Positions 41,945 to 51,646 are shown, counted from the stretch's first letter. The stretch is DNA of 64,000 nucleotides from an uncultured Gammaproteobacteria bacterium (GCA_964569575.1 CAZMTL010000004.1:8959-72958); one strand, 5' to 3'. The notes: a model not told the origin generated them from the letters alone. A program made the numbers and translations.

Positions 41945-44473
41945 CTACTTCACATTCTTCTTCCTCAAATAAGGCTTCAAATACTGTCCCGTATAACTCT
42001 TAGCCGAACGAGCAATATCCTCCGGAGTCCCTTCTGCAACAACCATTCCTCCACCAACTCCACCCTCTGGACCCATGTCGATTAACCAGTCAGCCGTTTT
42101 GATCACATCCAAATTGTGTTCAATGATCAAAACCGTATTTCCTTTCTCGACCAAACGATGCAACACCTCAAGTAATGTCTTAATATCTTCGAAGTGAAGT
42201 CCTGTCGTCGGCTCGTCGAGTAAATAAAGTGTTCGGCCCGTATTTCGCTTCGCAAGTTCAGAAGCCAACTTCACACGCTGAGCCTCACCACCCGAAAGCG
42301 TATTTGCAGACTGACCTAGCTTCAAATAACCAAGCCCAACGCTCACGAGTGTTACCAACTTATCGTGAACAGAAGGAATGTCCTTAAAAAACTCCGTTGC
42401 TTCCTCGATCGTCATCTCCAAAACTTGAAAAATATTCTTTTCTTTAAATTCAACCTCCAACGTTTCACGATTAAATCGTCGCCCTTTACACACATCACAC
42501 TGCACATACACCGTTGGCAAGAAATGCATTTCGATCGCAATTTCCCCATGCCCCTCACAATGATCACAACGTCCACCCGCCACGTTAAAGCTAAAACGAC
42601 CAGTTTTATATCCACGGAACTTCGCTTCATCCGTCGTAGCAAACAAATCACGAATCGGCGTCCAAGCTCCGGTATAAGTAGCTGGGTTAGATCTAGACGT
42701 TCGTCCAATCGGAGATTGATCCATCAAAATTGCCTTATCGATGTACTCAATGCCCAAAACAGATTTATGAGCACCAGGCTTCCCTTTGCTGCCGTACAAC
42801 TTTTTCGCAATCGCTTTGTAAGTCACTTCCAACATCAAGGTCGACTTCCCGCTTCCAGAAACACCTGTAATACAAACCATGCGTCGAAGCGGAATATCAA
42901 CATCTACATTCTTCAAATTGTTCTCGGTAGCTCCCCGAACCTTAATCGCATCCTTCCCAACCTTTCTGCGCTCGGTAGGAACCGGAATAACGCGATCACC
43001 CCGCAGATACGCCGCGGTCAGCGATTTCTTATCTTCAAAAATCTCGGGCGTTGGTCCGGCAGCAACAATCTCCCCTCCGTGCACACCAGCACTCGGTCCA
43101 ACCTCGACCATGTAATCCGATCGCCGAATGGTATCTTCGTCATGCTCTACAACCAACACGGTATTCCCCAAATCTCGCAACGATTCAAGCGTATTAATCA
43201 ACTGATCGTTATCACGTTGATGCAGACCAATCGTTGGTTCATCAAGTACATACAAAGCACCAACCAAACGCGAACCAATTTGCGAAGCTAAACGAATACG
43301 TTGCGCTTCACCCCCAGAAAGCGTCCCGGCCTTACGATCGAGCGTTAAATAATGCAACCCAACATCCAACATAAACGTCAATCGGCTTTCGATCTCTTTC
43401 AATACGGTTCCAGCAATTTCCAACCCACGCTCGTCTAACGCGATATGTAGAATGAAATCTGCGGCTTCCGAAATCGTTTTCGCTGTGTACTGAACAATAT
43501 TTTCACCACCAATAAGCACACTCAACGCCTCCTTGCGCAATCGCTTCCCATCACACGCGGGACAAATTTCTTCAGAGAAAAGCTCGAGCGTTCCTAACCC
43601 AGTACACGCTTCACAAGCTCCATAGGGACTATTGAACGAAAAAAGTCGTGGCTCGATTTCTGGAAACGAAAATCCACAATTTACACAACTAAATTTAGTA
43701 GAAAACAACCGCTCTTCCCCTGACGCGTACACCACATTCACCAAATCCTGTCCGCGATCAACCGCATTTTCGAGCGCTTCATTCAAGCGTTGACGCGTGT
43801 CCTTGTCCGGATCCTTTAGGCTAACCTGTGGAATAACATCGATAACCACTTCGATCGTATGCTGCTTATAGCGAGAAAGCTTAATTTCTTCACTCAAACG
43901 ATGCATCTTGCCATCTACCCGCACCTTTGCGAATCCTGAATTATACAAATCATACAATAACTGATAATAATTCCCCTTTCGACCACGAACAACCGGAGCC
44001 AAAATTTGAATTTCGCCAGAAGGAATCGCCTTTTCCTTTGCATTTTGCTTCATCAACAAATCAGAAATTTCATCAATCGTTAAACGCTCAATTCTCGATT
44101 TACAATCAGGACAATGCGCCTCACCAACACGCGCGTAAAGAACACGAAGGTAATCGTAAATTTCCGTCACCGTCGCCACAGTTGAACGCGGGTTTCGAGA
44201 ATGTGCTTTTTGATCAATCGAAATAGCTGGTGACAACCCTTCGATTTCGTCTACATCCGGCTTTTGCATCTGACCCAAAAATTGCCGTGCATAAGCAGAA
44301 AGCGATTCGATATAACGACGCTGCCCTTCCGCAAAAATCGTATCAAAAGCGAGGGAAGATTTTCCGCTTCCCGACACGCCAGTAAAACAAATAAGTTGAT
44401 TTCGAGGCAATTCGAGTGAAACATTTTTTAAGTTATGCTCACGCGCACCCTTGATTGTAATTTTTTCTTTCAT
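41945..44473 (-). CDS. uvrA: excinuclease ABC subunit A
   Basis: Two ABC ATPase modules and Zn fingers. The start is [17 protein letters not shown]. The ORF track extends the frame to 44899, and that extension is read-through of the GC-rich intergenic element. Confidence 0.95.
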   Translation of the reverse strand: MKEKITIKGAREHNLKNVSLELPRNQLICFTGVSGSGKSSLAFDTIFAEGQRRYIESLSAYARQFLGQMQKPDVDEIEGLSPAISIDQKAHSRNPRSTVATVTEIYDYLRVLYARVGEAHCPDCKSRIERLTIDEISDLLMKQNAKEKAIPSGEIQILAPVVRGRKGNYYQLLYDLYNSGFAKVRVDGKMHRLSEEIKLSRYKQHTIEVVIDVIPQVSLKDPDKDTRQRLNEALENAVDRGQDLVNVVYASGEERLFSTKFSCVNCGFSFPEIEPRLFSFNSPYGACEACTGLGTLELFSEEICPACDGKRLRKEALSVLIGGENIVQYTAKTISEAADFILHIALDERGLEIAGTVLKEIESRLTFMLDVGLHYLTLDRKAGTLSGGEAQRIRLASQIGSRLVGALYVLDEPTIGLHQRDNDQLINTLESLRDLGNTVLVVEHDEDTIRRSDYMVEVGPSAGVHGGEIVAAGPTPEIFEDKKSLTAAYLRGDRVIPVPTERRKVGKDAIKVRGATENNLKNVDVDIPLRRMVCITGVSGSGKSTLMLEVTYKAIAKKLYGSKGKPGAHKSVLGIEYIDKAILMDQSPIGRTSRSNPATYTGAWTPIRDLFATTDEAKFRGYKTGRFSFNVAGGRCDHCEGHGEIAIEMHFLPTVYVQCDVCKGRRFNRETLEVEFKEKNIFQVLEMTIEEATEFFKDIPSVHDKLVTLVSVGLGYLKLGQSANTLSGGEAQRVKLASELAKRNTGRTLYLLDEPTTGLHFEDIKTLLEVLHRLVEKGNTVLIIEHNLDVIKTADWLIDMGPEGGVGGGMVVAEGTPEDIARSAKSYTGQYLKPYLRKKNVK

Positions 44474-45221
44474 ATATAATTGTTGAGATGTTGATAGCGT
44501 TCTCGTGGTGAGATCGGCGTCGCATCGGCGAAAGGAGGCCCCCATGTCTCGTGGAGCAGTGAACGCTGGACGAACGCGTCCAGCCGAGACCACGCGTCGC
44601 CCGGCAATGCAGGTGCATTGCCGGGACCGATCGGGCGCACGACGCGCTTCGAACGGAGGTGAGCAGTCTCGATCCGTCGTGCCCGGCGTGACCACCTCCG
44701 GAAACGGAGACGGTCGAAGCCCGCGAGCGCGCGAACAGCGCTGCGGTGGTGGTGGGCTCGCGCCCATCCGAGGAGCTTCACCCGACGAAGAGTCCAGGTG
44801 CCCGGGGGCGTCGGAACGGGCGAACCCGGGCACGCCAACGCAGACACGAAGGCCAGCGTCCGGCCGAGGAGGTGAGGAGTCTCGATCCATCACGCCCAAC
44901 TACGCGAGCGATTCCGCAACCGGAAACGCTCGCGAACAGCTGTACTGTGGCAACGGGGGACTTTCCTCCACACCAGGATCTGGACACGACTACCGTGCAC
45001 CGGGCTTCGGAGGCAAGAAGCACATCAAGGACCCTCGAGGAAAGAAGCGCGGCGACAACCCGCGAGGAATTCCGCATCTCCCTCGACGAATTCGACTGCC
45101 CACGCACCCGGGCATGCAATGGACTCCGGCCAAGAAGCCTTAGCCGAACACAATTGACGTACAGACGAAACCCGCCAGGCGATCGTCATCTGCCCTGCAA
45201 AAGCAGGGCCTTTCATTTTTT
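44474..45221 (+). ncRNA. candidate large structured RNA or structured DNA element in the uvrB-uvrA spacer (about 65% GC)
   Basis: Perfect hairpins occur at 12 bp (CCCGGCAATGCA-GG-TGCATTGCCGGG, 44600-25), 8 bp (GCTGGACG-AACG-CGTCCAGC) and 9 bp (GTGCCCGGG...CCCGGGCAC). There are two GAAA-tetraloop hairpins (CTCCG-GAAA-CGGAG and CGAGCG...CCGGAAA-CGCTCG). An imperfect module is repeated twice (GGAGGTGAGSAGTCTCGATCC...CCGGAAACG...CGCGAACAGC). A TATAAT-like box lies at the 5' end and a plus-strand terminator at the 3' end. Strand and RNA nature are inferred. Confidence 0.4.
45192..45221 (+). terminator. plus-strand intrinsic terminator
   Basis: GCCCTGC-AAAA-GCAGGGC followed by CTTTCATTTTTT. The T-run overlaps the uvrB stop codon. 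Confidence 0.55.
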
Positions 45222-47270
45222 AGAAGAACGTTTTTTCATCTTTTTTAACTCGGACTGCAATTCAATAATCTCATCTCGCAATATCCCTGCCGTTTCAAAC
45301 TGCAAATTAGCCGCTGCCAACTCCATCTCCTCTGTCTTCTCACGAATCACCTCTTCGATTTCGTGCGGCTCTGCAGCCAGTTCGATCTTCAAGATATTTT
45401 TCGTATCTTTCTTTTCACCCGGCTCTGCAACCCCCATGATTTCGCTGACATTTTGGATGGACTTAGTAATCGTAATCGGAGTAATTCCATGCTTTTCGTT
45501 GTGTGCCAGCTGAATCGTACGACGGCGATTGGTTTCATCGAGCGCTCGAGTGAGCGAACCGGTCATGCGATCCGCGTACAAGATCACTTCTCCATGGATA
45601 TTTCGTGCCGCTCGTCCAATGGTTTGAATCAACGACATTTCCGACCGCAGAAACCCTTCCTTGTCCGCGTCCAAAATAGCCACCAATGACACCTCCGGCA
45701 AATCCAGCCCTTCACGTAACAAGTTCACCCCAATAATAACGTCGTAAATCCCCTTGCGTAGATCGGTCAATATTTCGATACGCTCGATCGTTTTGATATC
45801 AGAATGGATATATTGAACCTTGATTCCCAGCTCTTTCAAATGCTCGGTCAAATCTTCAGCCATCTTTTTTGTAAGCGTTGTCACCAAACTTCGCTCACCT
45901 TTCGCTGTTCTATCTTGAATACGCGGAATCAAATCATCTACCTGACCTCGATGATCATCTGTTTCGGTCACCGGAAGTACAGTCACAATCGGGTCGACCA
46001 ATCCGGTCGGTCGTACGATCTGTTCAACAATTCGATCTGATGAATCATATTCTTGTTCACCGGGCGTTGCAGAGACATAAATCGTCTGCCCTACTCGTTC
46101 TTCGAATTCTTTTGATGTCAAAGGTCGATTGTCGCGAGCTGACGGCAGTCGGAACCCATGTTCTACCAAATTATCTTTCCGCGCCTTATCGCCAGCAAAC
46201 ATTCCACGAATCTGAGGAATAGTCACATGAGATTCGTCGATAACCGTCAGAAAATCCTTGGGAAAATAGGCAAGCAATGTATCCGGTGGTTCACCAGCAT
46301 TTCTGCCATCAAAATGCCGAGAGTAGTTTTCGATCCCATTACAGTAGCCAATACTCTTCATCATTTCGATATCGTACTTGGTTCGTCGCTGCAAACGTTC
46401 GTATTCAAGCAACTTTTCCTCCTGCTTAAATTCCGCTAACCGCATTGCAAGTTCATCTTCGATTTGCCGAACCGCCCTTTCCGTATGTTCCGCGCCAACA
46501 ACATAATGTTTCGCGGGAAACAGCCAAAAATCCTGCACGCGATCTTTCACTCGCCGAGTAACGGGATCGAGAATAAAAATCTCGCGCAAAACACCATCTT
46601 CAATCACCAACCGATACAACGAAGTCTTCTCGTTCGCATCCCCGCTTCCAGAACGCCCAGACATCGGCATAATCTCGATCACGTCCCCCATCGCTCTAAA
46701 CTGTCCACGCTCTACATCCGCATTCGTTCGCTCAAAATACATTTCGATCAATCGTCTAATCAGTTCCGAACGATCCGCAACCTGTCCCGCCTTCAAGTTC
46801 ATCACCGTTTTAGAATATTCCTTCGGCGAACCTAATCCATAAATGCACGAAACCGAAGCAACGATAATCACATCCTGCCGGCTCAATAACGCCTGAGTCG
46901 CCGCATGTCGCAAACGATCGATCTCTTCATTAATCTGAGCTTCTTTTTCGATATACGTATCGGAACGGGCAATGTAAGCCTCTGGCTGATAATAATCGTA
47001 ATAACTCACAAAGTACTCAACCGCATTTTCGGGGAAAAACTGTCTAAATTCATTACAAAGCTGAGCTGCCAACGTTTTATTATGAGCAATCACAAGCGTT
47101 GGTCGCTGGACCTGCTGAATCACATTCGCAATCGTAAACGTCTTTCCAGAACCAGTAACACCAAGCAACGTCTGGCGATCCAGTCCAGTTTGAAGACCAT
47201 CAACCAACCCCGCAATTGCCTTGGGTTGATCGCCAGCCGGTTTGTATTTTGATTGTAGGTTAAATTTCAT
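45213..47270 (-). CDS. uvrB: excinuclease ABC subunit B
   Basis: Helicase motifs (GVTGSGKT), beta-hairpin region and a C-terminal UVR domain. Confidence 0.95.
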   Translation of the reverse strand: MKFNLQSKYKPAGDQPKAIAGLVDGLQTGLDRQTLLGVTGSGKTFTIANVIQQVQRPTLVIAHNKTLAAQLCNEFRQFFPENAVEYFVSYYDYYQPEAYIARSDTYIEKEAQINEEIDRLRHAATQALLSRQDVIIVASVSCIYGLGSPKEYSKTVMNLKAGQVADRSELIRRLIEMYFERTNADVERGQFRAMGDVIEIMPMSGRSGSGDANEKTSLYRLVIEDGVLREIFILDPVTRRVKDRVQDFWLFPAKHYVVGAEHTERAVRQIEDELAMRLAEFKQEEKLLEYERLQRRTKYDIEMMKSIGYCNGIENYSRHFDGRNAGEPPDTLLAYFPKDFLTVIDESHVTIPQIRGMFAGDKARKDNLVEHGFRLPSARDNRPLTSKEFEERVGQTIYVSATPGEQEYDSSDRIVEQIVRPTGLVDPIVTVLPVTETDDHRGQVDDLIPRIQDRTAKGERSLVTTLTKKMAEDLTEHLKELGIKVQYIHSDIKTIERIEILTDLRKGIYDVIIGVNLLREGLDLPEVSLVAILDADKEGFLRSEMSLIQTIGRAARNIHGEVILYADRMTGSLTRALDETNRRRTIQLAHNEKHGITPITITKSIQNVSEIMGVAEPGEKKDTKNILKIELAAEPHEIEEVIREKTEEMELAAANLQFETAGILRDEIIELQSELKKMKKRSSKK

Positions 47271-47435
47271 AACAAAATTGCCCGACTCCACGCTCTACTA
47301 CAAAGTAGATGACGCTTTTGGGATCGGGATCGTTCGTAAATTGTAAAACCAGCATAGCACACTTAAAGAAGAAAACAAAAACGCGCCCCTTCTTGCAAAG
47401 TGAGCGCGCAGCATGCAGTGAAGCATGAATTCCTC

Positions 47436-47645
47436 CTATTCGTCTTCGGTAGTGTGGCGACGATTACCACGAGTGGTGCGGACGTATCCGCGTTTAGAGT
47501 GATACCCGCCGCCATTACGACGGCGAAGTGCCACCAGATCGGTACGCCGACCCTGCGGAAGCACGACAACGATCCGAAGATCATCCTCGCGCTTCTGTTC
47601 CTTGGTCCTACCAACAGGCTTCGAAGCCTTCCGCTTCTTCGCCAT
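47436..47645 (-). CDS. small highly basic protein (69 aa) in GC-rich cassette
   Basis: Perfect SD AGGAGGTG 4 nt before the ATG. Lys/Arg-rich (MAKKRKASKPVGRTKEQKRED...RRRNGGGYHSKRG), suggesting nucleic-acid binding. Confidence 0.5.
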   Translation of the reverse strand: MAKKRKASKPVGRTKEQKREDDLRIVVVLPQGRRTDLVALRRRNGGGYHSKRGYVRTTRGNRRHTTEDE

Positions 47646-47662
47646 CTCTCACCTCCTGGTGC

Positions 47663-47872
47663 TCACAACCACGTGAGCACGTACATCTTCACGCGATGAA
47701 ATGCGCTCGAGCGCACCACCGAGTGGACCACCTCCGGAAGCTGAGGCTCCCAGTACAGGGAGTTGAGCTTGCCAGTGAGCTCGACCGTCCCTTCCAGGAA
47801 CGACCGAACCCGACCGGGCTTGAGATCGAACTTCTCGAGAATGAATCCCGAGATCAAACCCCATAGAATCAT
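47663..47872 (-). CDS. small membrane protein (69 aa from the ATG) in GC-rich cassette
   Basis: N-terminal TM helix (MILWGLISGFIL) and SD GGAGGG upstream. The ORF track extends the frame to a TTG at 47887. Confidence 0.4.
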   Translation of the reverse strand: MILWGLISGFILEKFDLKPGRVRSFLEGTVELTGKLNSLYWEPQLPEVVHSVVRSSAFHRVKMYVLTWL

Positions 47873-47951
47873 GATCCCTCCAATCAAGACACACCACAGT
47901 ATACCAAAAAAGAGGCTTTGTCAACCTCTTTTCTTCTCTACCACCTACACT

Positions 47952-48428
47952 CTATTCCCTTTTTCCATTCACCTTCTTCTCAATCACATCCATCGCACCA
48001 GCCGGCACCTTGGATCGCCAACCTCCACTTCCTGATTCAATCATTTCCTTAATCTCTTCGGTTACATGACCCGGAACTTCCGAAATCTTCTTGGTCGGCA
48101 CACCTTGAGCTTCAAATAACTCTCGCACTTCATCCTTTCCACTCCAAACAACAATATCATCACCTCCCGCAACTTCTAGCACCTTATCAACCCACTCAGC
48201 GTCATCATCACAATCGGCAACCGACGCAATGGTGACATCCATCATATTTTCCTCTAGCAAAGCTGCACTGATCATTTCCCGAACATCATCTGTTGAAAAA
48301 AGAGCATCTGAATCAGGTTCACAAATAACCACAACGGCTGTACCGCCAGCGTTCACCATCCCTTCGATCACCATAAAATGACCGGTGTGAAAAGGTTGAA
48401 ACGAGCCAGGAAAAACAAATGTTGCCAT
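47952..48428 (-). CDS. nucleotidyltransferase, NMN adenylyltransferase-like (archaeal NadM type)
   Basis: (H/T)xGH motif FPGSFQPFHTGH in a small Rossmann fold. Confidence 0.7.
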   Translation of the reverse strand: MATFVFPGSFQPFHTGHFMVIEGMVNAGGTAVVVICEPDSDALFSTDDVREMISAALLEENMMDVTIASVADCDDDAEWVDKVLEVAGGDDIVVWSGKDEVRELFEAQGVPTKKISEVPGHVTEEIKEMIESGSGGWRSKVPAGAMDVIEKKVNGKRE

Positions 48429-48457
48429 ACTTTTTTTCTTAGTATATCAAACGTTAT

Positions 48458-49402
48458 TTAAGCTTCGGTAGATTTATCAACACTCGCTTTCCATGCCGTA
48501 ATCTTCTCCAAAAAACCTAACGGAGTGCGAAAAACTCGTGTGCATTCCGAAAGCAGCATAGGAGGAACATCGATTCGAGCCAAATCCGTCACCCCAAGCT
48601 CGTCCTGCGAACCTAGCGACAAATACCCAATATCACCCGGATCGATCCCGATCAACGTTGCGGCAACCGAATCCACAGCAAACGCATCGGTCCCAGCAAG
48701 TGCAAGATGCATGGAAACGACATCGCCCTCGACCGGACCACATCCTTCCATAGCAGAAAACCCATCAATCACCGCCAAATCAAAACCAAATTGTTTCTGC
48801 ATAGCCGCAATCATCCTATGATGCGTAGACGACCCCTCCCCATCCGTCCAAGGCCATCGTGCCCAAACGCGTCCCGAAGCGCTAATGCGCGACGGAACAA
48901 GCCAGGTTCCAATCGTCCAATTTGTAATCGAAAGCGCCGCCCCAAGCGAATCATGAATTTTCAAAGGTGTAAGTGAGATTTTATAATCTGCCTCAATCGC
49001 CATACGAGCCCGCCGAATCTTCACTTCACTCCCATCTTCACGTACAACAGTCTGCTCCACAAAATCGTCATCATTCAAATCCACCAAACGCACCGACTCG
49101 TATTCATGCTCCAGATGTTCGTACCCCAACTGCCGAAATGCAAACGGTGTACCAACATACGAAGCATCACCAATAAACACAGGTGCCTGCGTGTGATACC
49201 GAATCGCATCCAATACCCCACGAACCGCATCAACATGCGTAGAAGCAAGCGCCCGTTCCGCATCAACCAAATTAACTTTCAAAAAAATAGACTTCGCTTC
49301 CTTCAACCGCGAAGAAAACGAATCATCCAAGCCATCCAAAACACGCCGAATCAACTCGCGCCTCTCCTCCCCCGTTTCCAACTGTACGTTTGTGGTAATC
49401 AT
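48458..49402 (-). CDS. hypothetical protein (possibly DUF362-like)
   Basis: 314-aa ORF with no diagnostic motif. Confidence 0.45.
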   Translation of the reverse strand: MITTNVQLETGEERRELIRRVLDGLDDSFSSRLKEAKSIFLKVNLVDAERALASTHVDAVRGVLDAIRYHTQAPVFIGDASYVGTPFAFRQLGYEHLEHEYESVRLVDLNDDDFVEQTVVREDGSEVKIRRARMAIEADYKISLTPLKIHDSLGAALSITNWTIGTWLVPSRISASGRVWARWPWTDGEGSSTHHRMIAAMQKQFGFDLAVIDGFSAMEGCGPVEGDVVSMHLALAGTDAFAVDSVAATLIGIDPGDIGYLSLGSQDELGVTDLARIDVPPMLLSECTRVFRTPLGFLEKITAWKASVDKSTEA

Positions 49403-49469
49403 GCAAAAAGTGTATCACAGAAAAAAATAGGAGCAACAGACAAAAACAAATAATCAAAAATCTCCCCAA

Positions 49470-49506
49470 AAACAAACCCACCAAGCAGCAGCTTGGTGGG
49501 TTTGTT
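49470..49506. terminator. bidirectional intrinsic terminator
   Basis: CCCACCAAGC-AGCA-GCTTGGTGGG flanked by A-rich and T-rich runs. Confidence 0.55.
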
Positions 49507-49580
49507 GGTTCCCAGACAGGGATTCGAACCCCGATTCTCAGGACCAAAACCTGATGTCCTGCCCTTAGACGATCTGGGAA
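49506..49580 (-). tRNA. tRNA-Gln(UUG)
   Basis: Reverse complement folds as acceptor UCCCAGA/UCUGGGA, anticodon stem UCAGG/CCUGA with loop UUUUGGU (anticodon UUG), the same T arm as the other tRNA-Gln, and an encoded CCA. Confidence 0.85.
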
Positions 49581-49626
49581 TACTGTGCCCAGATCATATA
49601 GGCTTTTTAAACAACTGTCAAAGTCA

Positions 49627-50343
49627 TTATGCCCCCATCATTGGATCTTTCGGAGCACTTTCCTGTGACTCTGAACCCGACAAATCCTTTTTCAAACCAT
49701 CCAATACCTTCGCGGCATGCTCTCGCCCGCCAAGTCCAAACGCCAATCCTCCCGCAAGCGCGATCATGGCAACGAATCCAGTAAACAACACCTGAATCAA
49801 TGATTCAGCAATTCCTAACTGAACAAGAGCCGCCATGAAGCTGAACACAATAATTGACCACTTCGCGACGCCTGCCAAAAATCCAGCACTTCTCATGTTT
49901 GCCGACAAAATAGCCGCACGAACAACGCTATGAACAAATCCAGCCAAAACCGTTCCAACAAGCAAGATGATGACCGCAATCAATACGTTTGGAAGATACG
50001 CGACAACTTCGTTCAAAAACACCGTAATCTGATCCCAATCAAGCACATCTGCCGCAGCAATAAGCGCGAAGATAATAACGAACCACTTCACCAACCAACC
50101 CAAGAACAGCCCAACATCCAGCGTCATGCCTGTACGAGCAAAAAGTGGCGCTACTTCCAACCTGTGCAACGCATCGTCAATTTTCAACGCCTTCACAACG
50201 CGTTCTACCGTCGCTTTTAATACCTGAGCGATAAGTAATCCAACCAAAAACACCACTACAGCCAAAAGCAATTTTGGCAAAAATAAAATGGCCGAAGCCC
50301 ACACATCAATAAACGCCATTCTCAACACATCAACGTATTCCAT
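49627..50343 (-). CDS. membrane protein with repeated conserved-TM-helix (MscS-N-terminal-like) segments
   Basis: Several TM helices and repeat-like segments (LAGFVHSVVRAAIL / LAGVAKWSIIVFS). Confidence 0.5.
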   Translation of the reverse strand: MEYVDVLRMAFIDVWASAILFLPKLLLAVVVFLVGLLIAQVLKATVERVVKALKIDDALHRLEVAPLFARTGMTLDVGLFLGWLVKWFVIIFALIAAADVLDWDQITVFLNEVVAYLPNVLIAVIILLVGTVLAGFVHSVVRAAILSANMRSAGFLAGVAKWSIIVFSFMAALVQLGIAESLIQVLFTGFVAMIALAGGLAFGLGGREHAAKVLDGLKKDLSGSESQESAPKDPMMGA

Positions 50344-50402
50344 ACAAAAAAGTTATGGTGAATAACTACATTTAGTATCACACACATCTCCTTCAATAAC
50401 AA

Positions 50403-50822
50403 CTACTTTTTCTTTCTTTTCAACGAATCCTTGTTCGAAGAAGTAATGCGTGCCTGATGTTGATAGACCGGCACAACCTGCGATCCTGTAAAAATCTGCT
50501 CCTCATTTGCCCTTAAGCGCCCAAGCAAAAACTCATCTTTTTCGTCCATTTCTTTCTTCACGCCACACAGCGGAATACCCAAAGCCCAAGCGAGCGCCTG
50601 AGTAATACTAAAAATAGATCGAAGAGAAGTAGCAGAACCAGGACCTTGAACAAGCACAATTTGCTCAAGATCTTCTTTATGAATCCCTCGCGATTGCAAA
50701 AACTGATCAATCGAAAACAAAAATTGTTCAGGAGAAACCAAGTAGCGCACTGGCGACTCGGAATCATCCAAATCTGCTAAAACTAATACACGGATGTCCT
50801 GTCCATTGACGTACAACTTCAT
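50403..50822 (-). CDS. tsaB: TsaB/YeaZ-like protein (short)
   Basis: VQGPGSATSLRSIFSITQALAWALGIPL matches the TsaB GPGSFTG(L/V)R region. The protein is shorter than canonical TsaB. Confidence 0.6.
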   Translation of the reverse strand: MKLYVNGQDIRVLVLADLDDSESPVRYLVSPEQFLFSIDQFLQSRGIHKEDLEQIVLVQGPGSATSLRSIFSITQALAWALGIPLCGVKKEMDEKDEFLLGRLRANEEQIFTGSQVVPVYQHQARITSSNKDSLKRKKK

Positions 50823-51529
50823 AATTCCTCACGCAATTCATCGACAAGAATAATCTTCTCCGAATTCATAATCGAAGCAAGAAAGCGATCTTTCACTTCA
50901 CGGCGATACAAAAACTCATCCCGAGGCATGTACGTATAGTTGATTTCCCATCCAATCATCTTTTCGAATTCATCAATCGTCTCCTGCAAAACCGGGGCAT
51001 CCACCTGTCCAACAATCAACAAATCAGAAGGCACCGCATCGTCATCAACAAATTTTCCGGTCATGAACAACAAATCTATTCGACCCTTCTGCACCAACCC
51101 ACGAACAACAGATTTATGCGAAAGCACAGACGCCTTCTTCATAATTGAACGCAGTTCATCAAAAAAGATAAAATCTGTGTTCGCCTGATAAAACTTCTTC
51201 TTATCATTTGAAGCCTTCTTTCGTTTCTTCACATCCGCCGTATCCCCCTCTTCTTCATCGTCGACTTCCTGCTCCAAAATCTTCCCTTCAACTTCGAGTA
51301 AAATACCCATCTCGATCAAGTTAGAAAGCTCGCGGCGTACCGAATTTAACTGAGCATCAATCCGTCGAGTTAGTTCGCGAACGTAATACGCTCGTTCTGG
51401 ATTTTCTAAAAACAATCCAATCAATCGAACGCGGGTTTTTGATCCAAAAAGCTGTTCGATATGAAAATCATCTTCCATCCCAACCGACGATTCTGTTGAT
51501 TGAATACCATCTTGCATTACTTGTGCCAT
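50819..51529 (-). CDS. winged-helix DNA-binding domain protein
   Basis: N-terminal wHTH-like segment (RVRLIGLFLENPERAYYVRELTRRIDAQLNSVRRELSNLIEMGIL) followed by an acidic/basic linker. Confidence 0.5.
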   Translation of the reverse strand: MAQVMQDGIQSTESSVGMEDDFHIEQLFGSKTRVRLIGLFLENPERAYYVRELTRRIDAQLNSVRRELSNLIEMGILLEVEGKILEQEVDDEEEGDTADVKKRKKASNDKKKFYQANTDFIFFDELRSIMKKASVLSHKSVVRGLVQKGRIDLLFMTGKFVDDDAVPSDLLIVGQVDAPVLQETIDEFEKMIGWEINYTYMPRDEFLYRREVKDRFLASIMNSEKIILVDELREEL

Positions 51530-51646
51530 ATTCTTCTAAAAAATGTGTTCACGTAAAGGATAACTGTTCTATCGCTTCTTTACAACTTATAGTAAAATGG
51601 AACAAAGGATTCGTAAAGGCAAAATCGCCACATCACTTCTCCAATA

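Noticed and set aside
42365-43291. 308-aa antisense ORF inside uvrA
   Set aside because: Arg/Asn/Ser-rich and antisense to a conserved gene, with no motifs.
44474-44899. 142-aa N-terminal extension of uvrA in the ORF track ([16 protein letters not shown]...)
   Set aside because: The UvrA homology begins cleanly at [17 protein letters not shown] (44473). The extension is read-through of the GC-rich spacer.
44505-45143. 212-aa Arg/Gly/Ser-rich ORF preceded by an AAAGGAGG SD, inside the uvrB-uvrA spacer
   Set aside because: Long ORFs are open in all frames here because GC-rich DNA has few stop codons. The composition is what translating GC-rich non-coding sequence gives. The region is packed with perfect palindromes and GNRA hairpins, which are atypical for coding sequence. 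I kept it as an explicit alternative under the ncRNA finding.
44474-45221. Identification of the uvrB-uvrA element as RNase P RNA, tmRNA, SRP RNA, 6S RNA, a group I/II intron or an rRNA fragment
   Set aside because: Checked by eye for the conserved blocks (RNase P AGGAAAGUCCGGGC, tmRNA tRNA-like ends and tag ORF, group II domain V, 16S/23S universal blocks). None is present. Only a chance AATTGACG match was seen.
47292-47400. Possible LexA/Cheo box upstream of uvrB
   Set aside because: CGAACGATC is present but lacks the GTTCG half-site, and only a short CTAC...GTAG inverted repeat is present.
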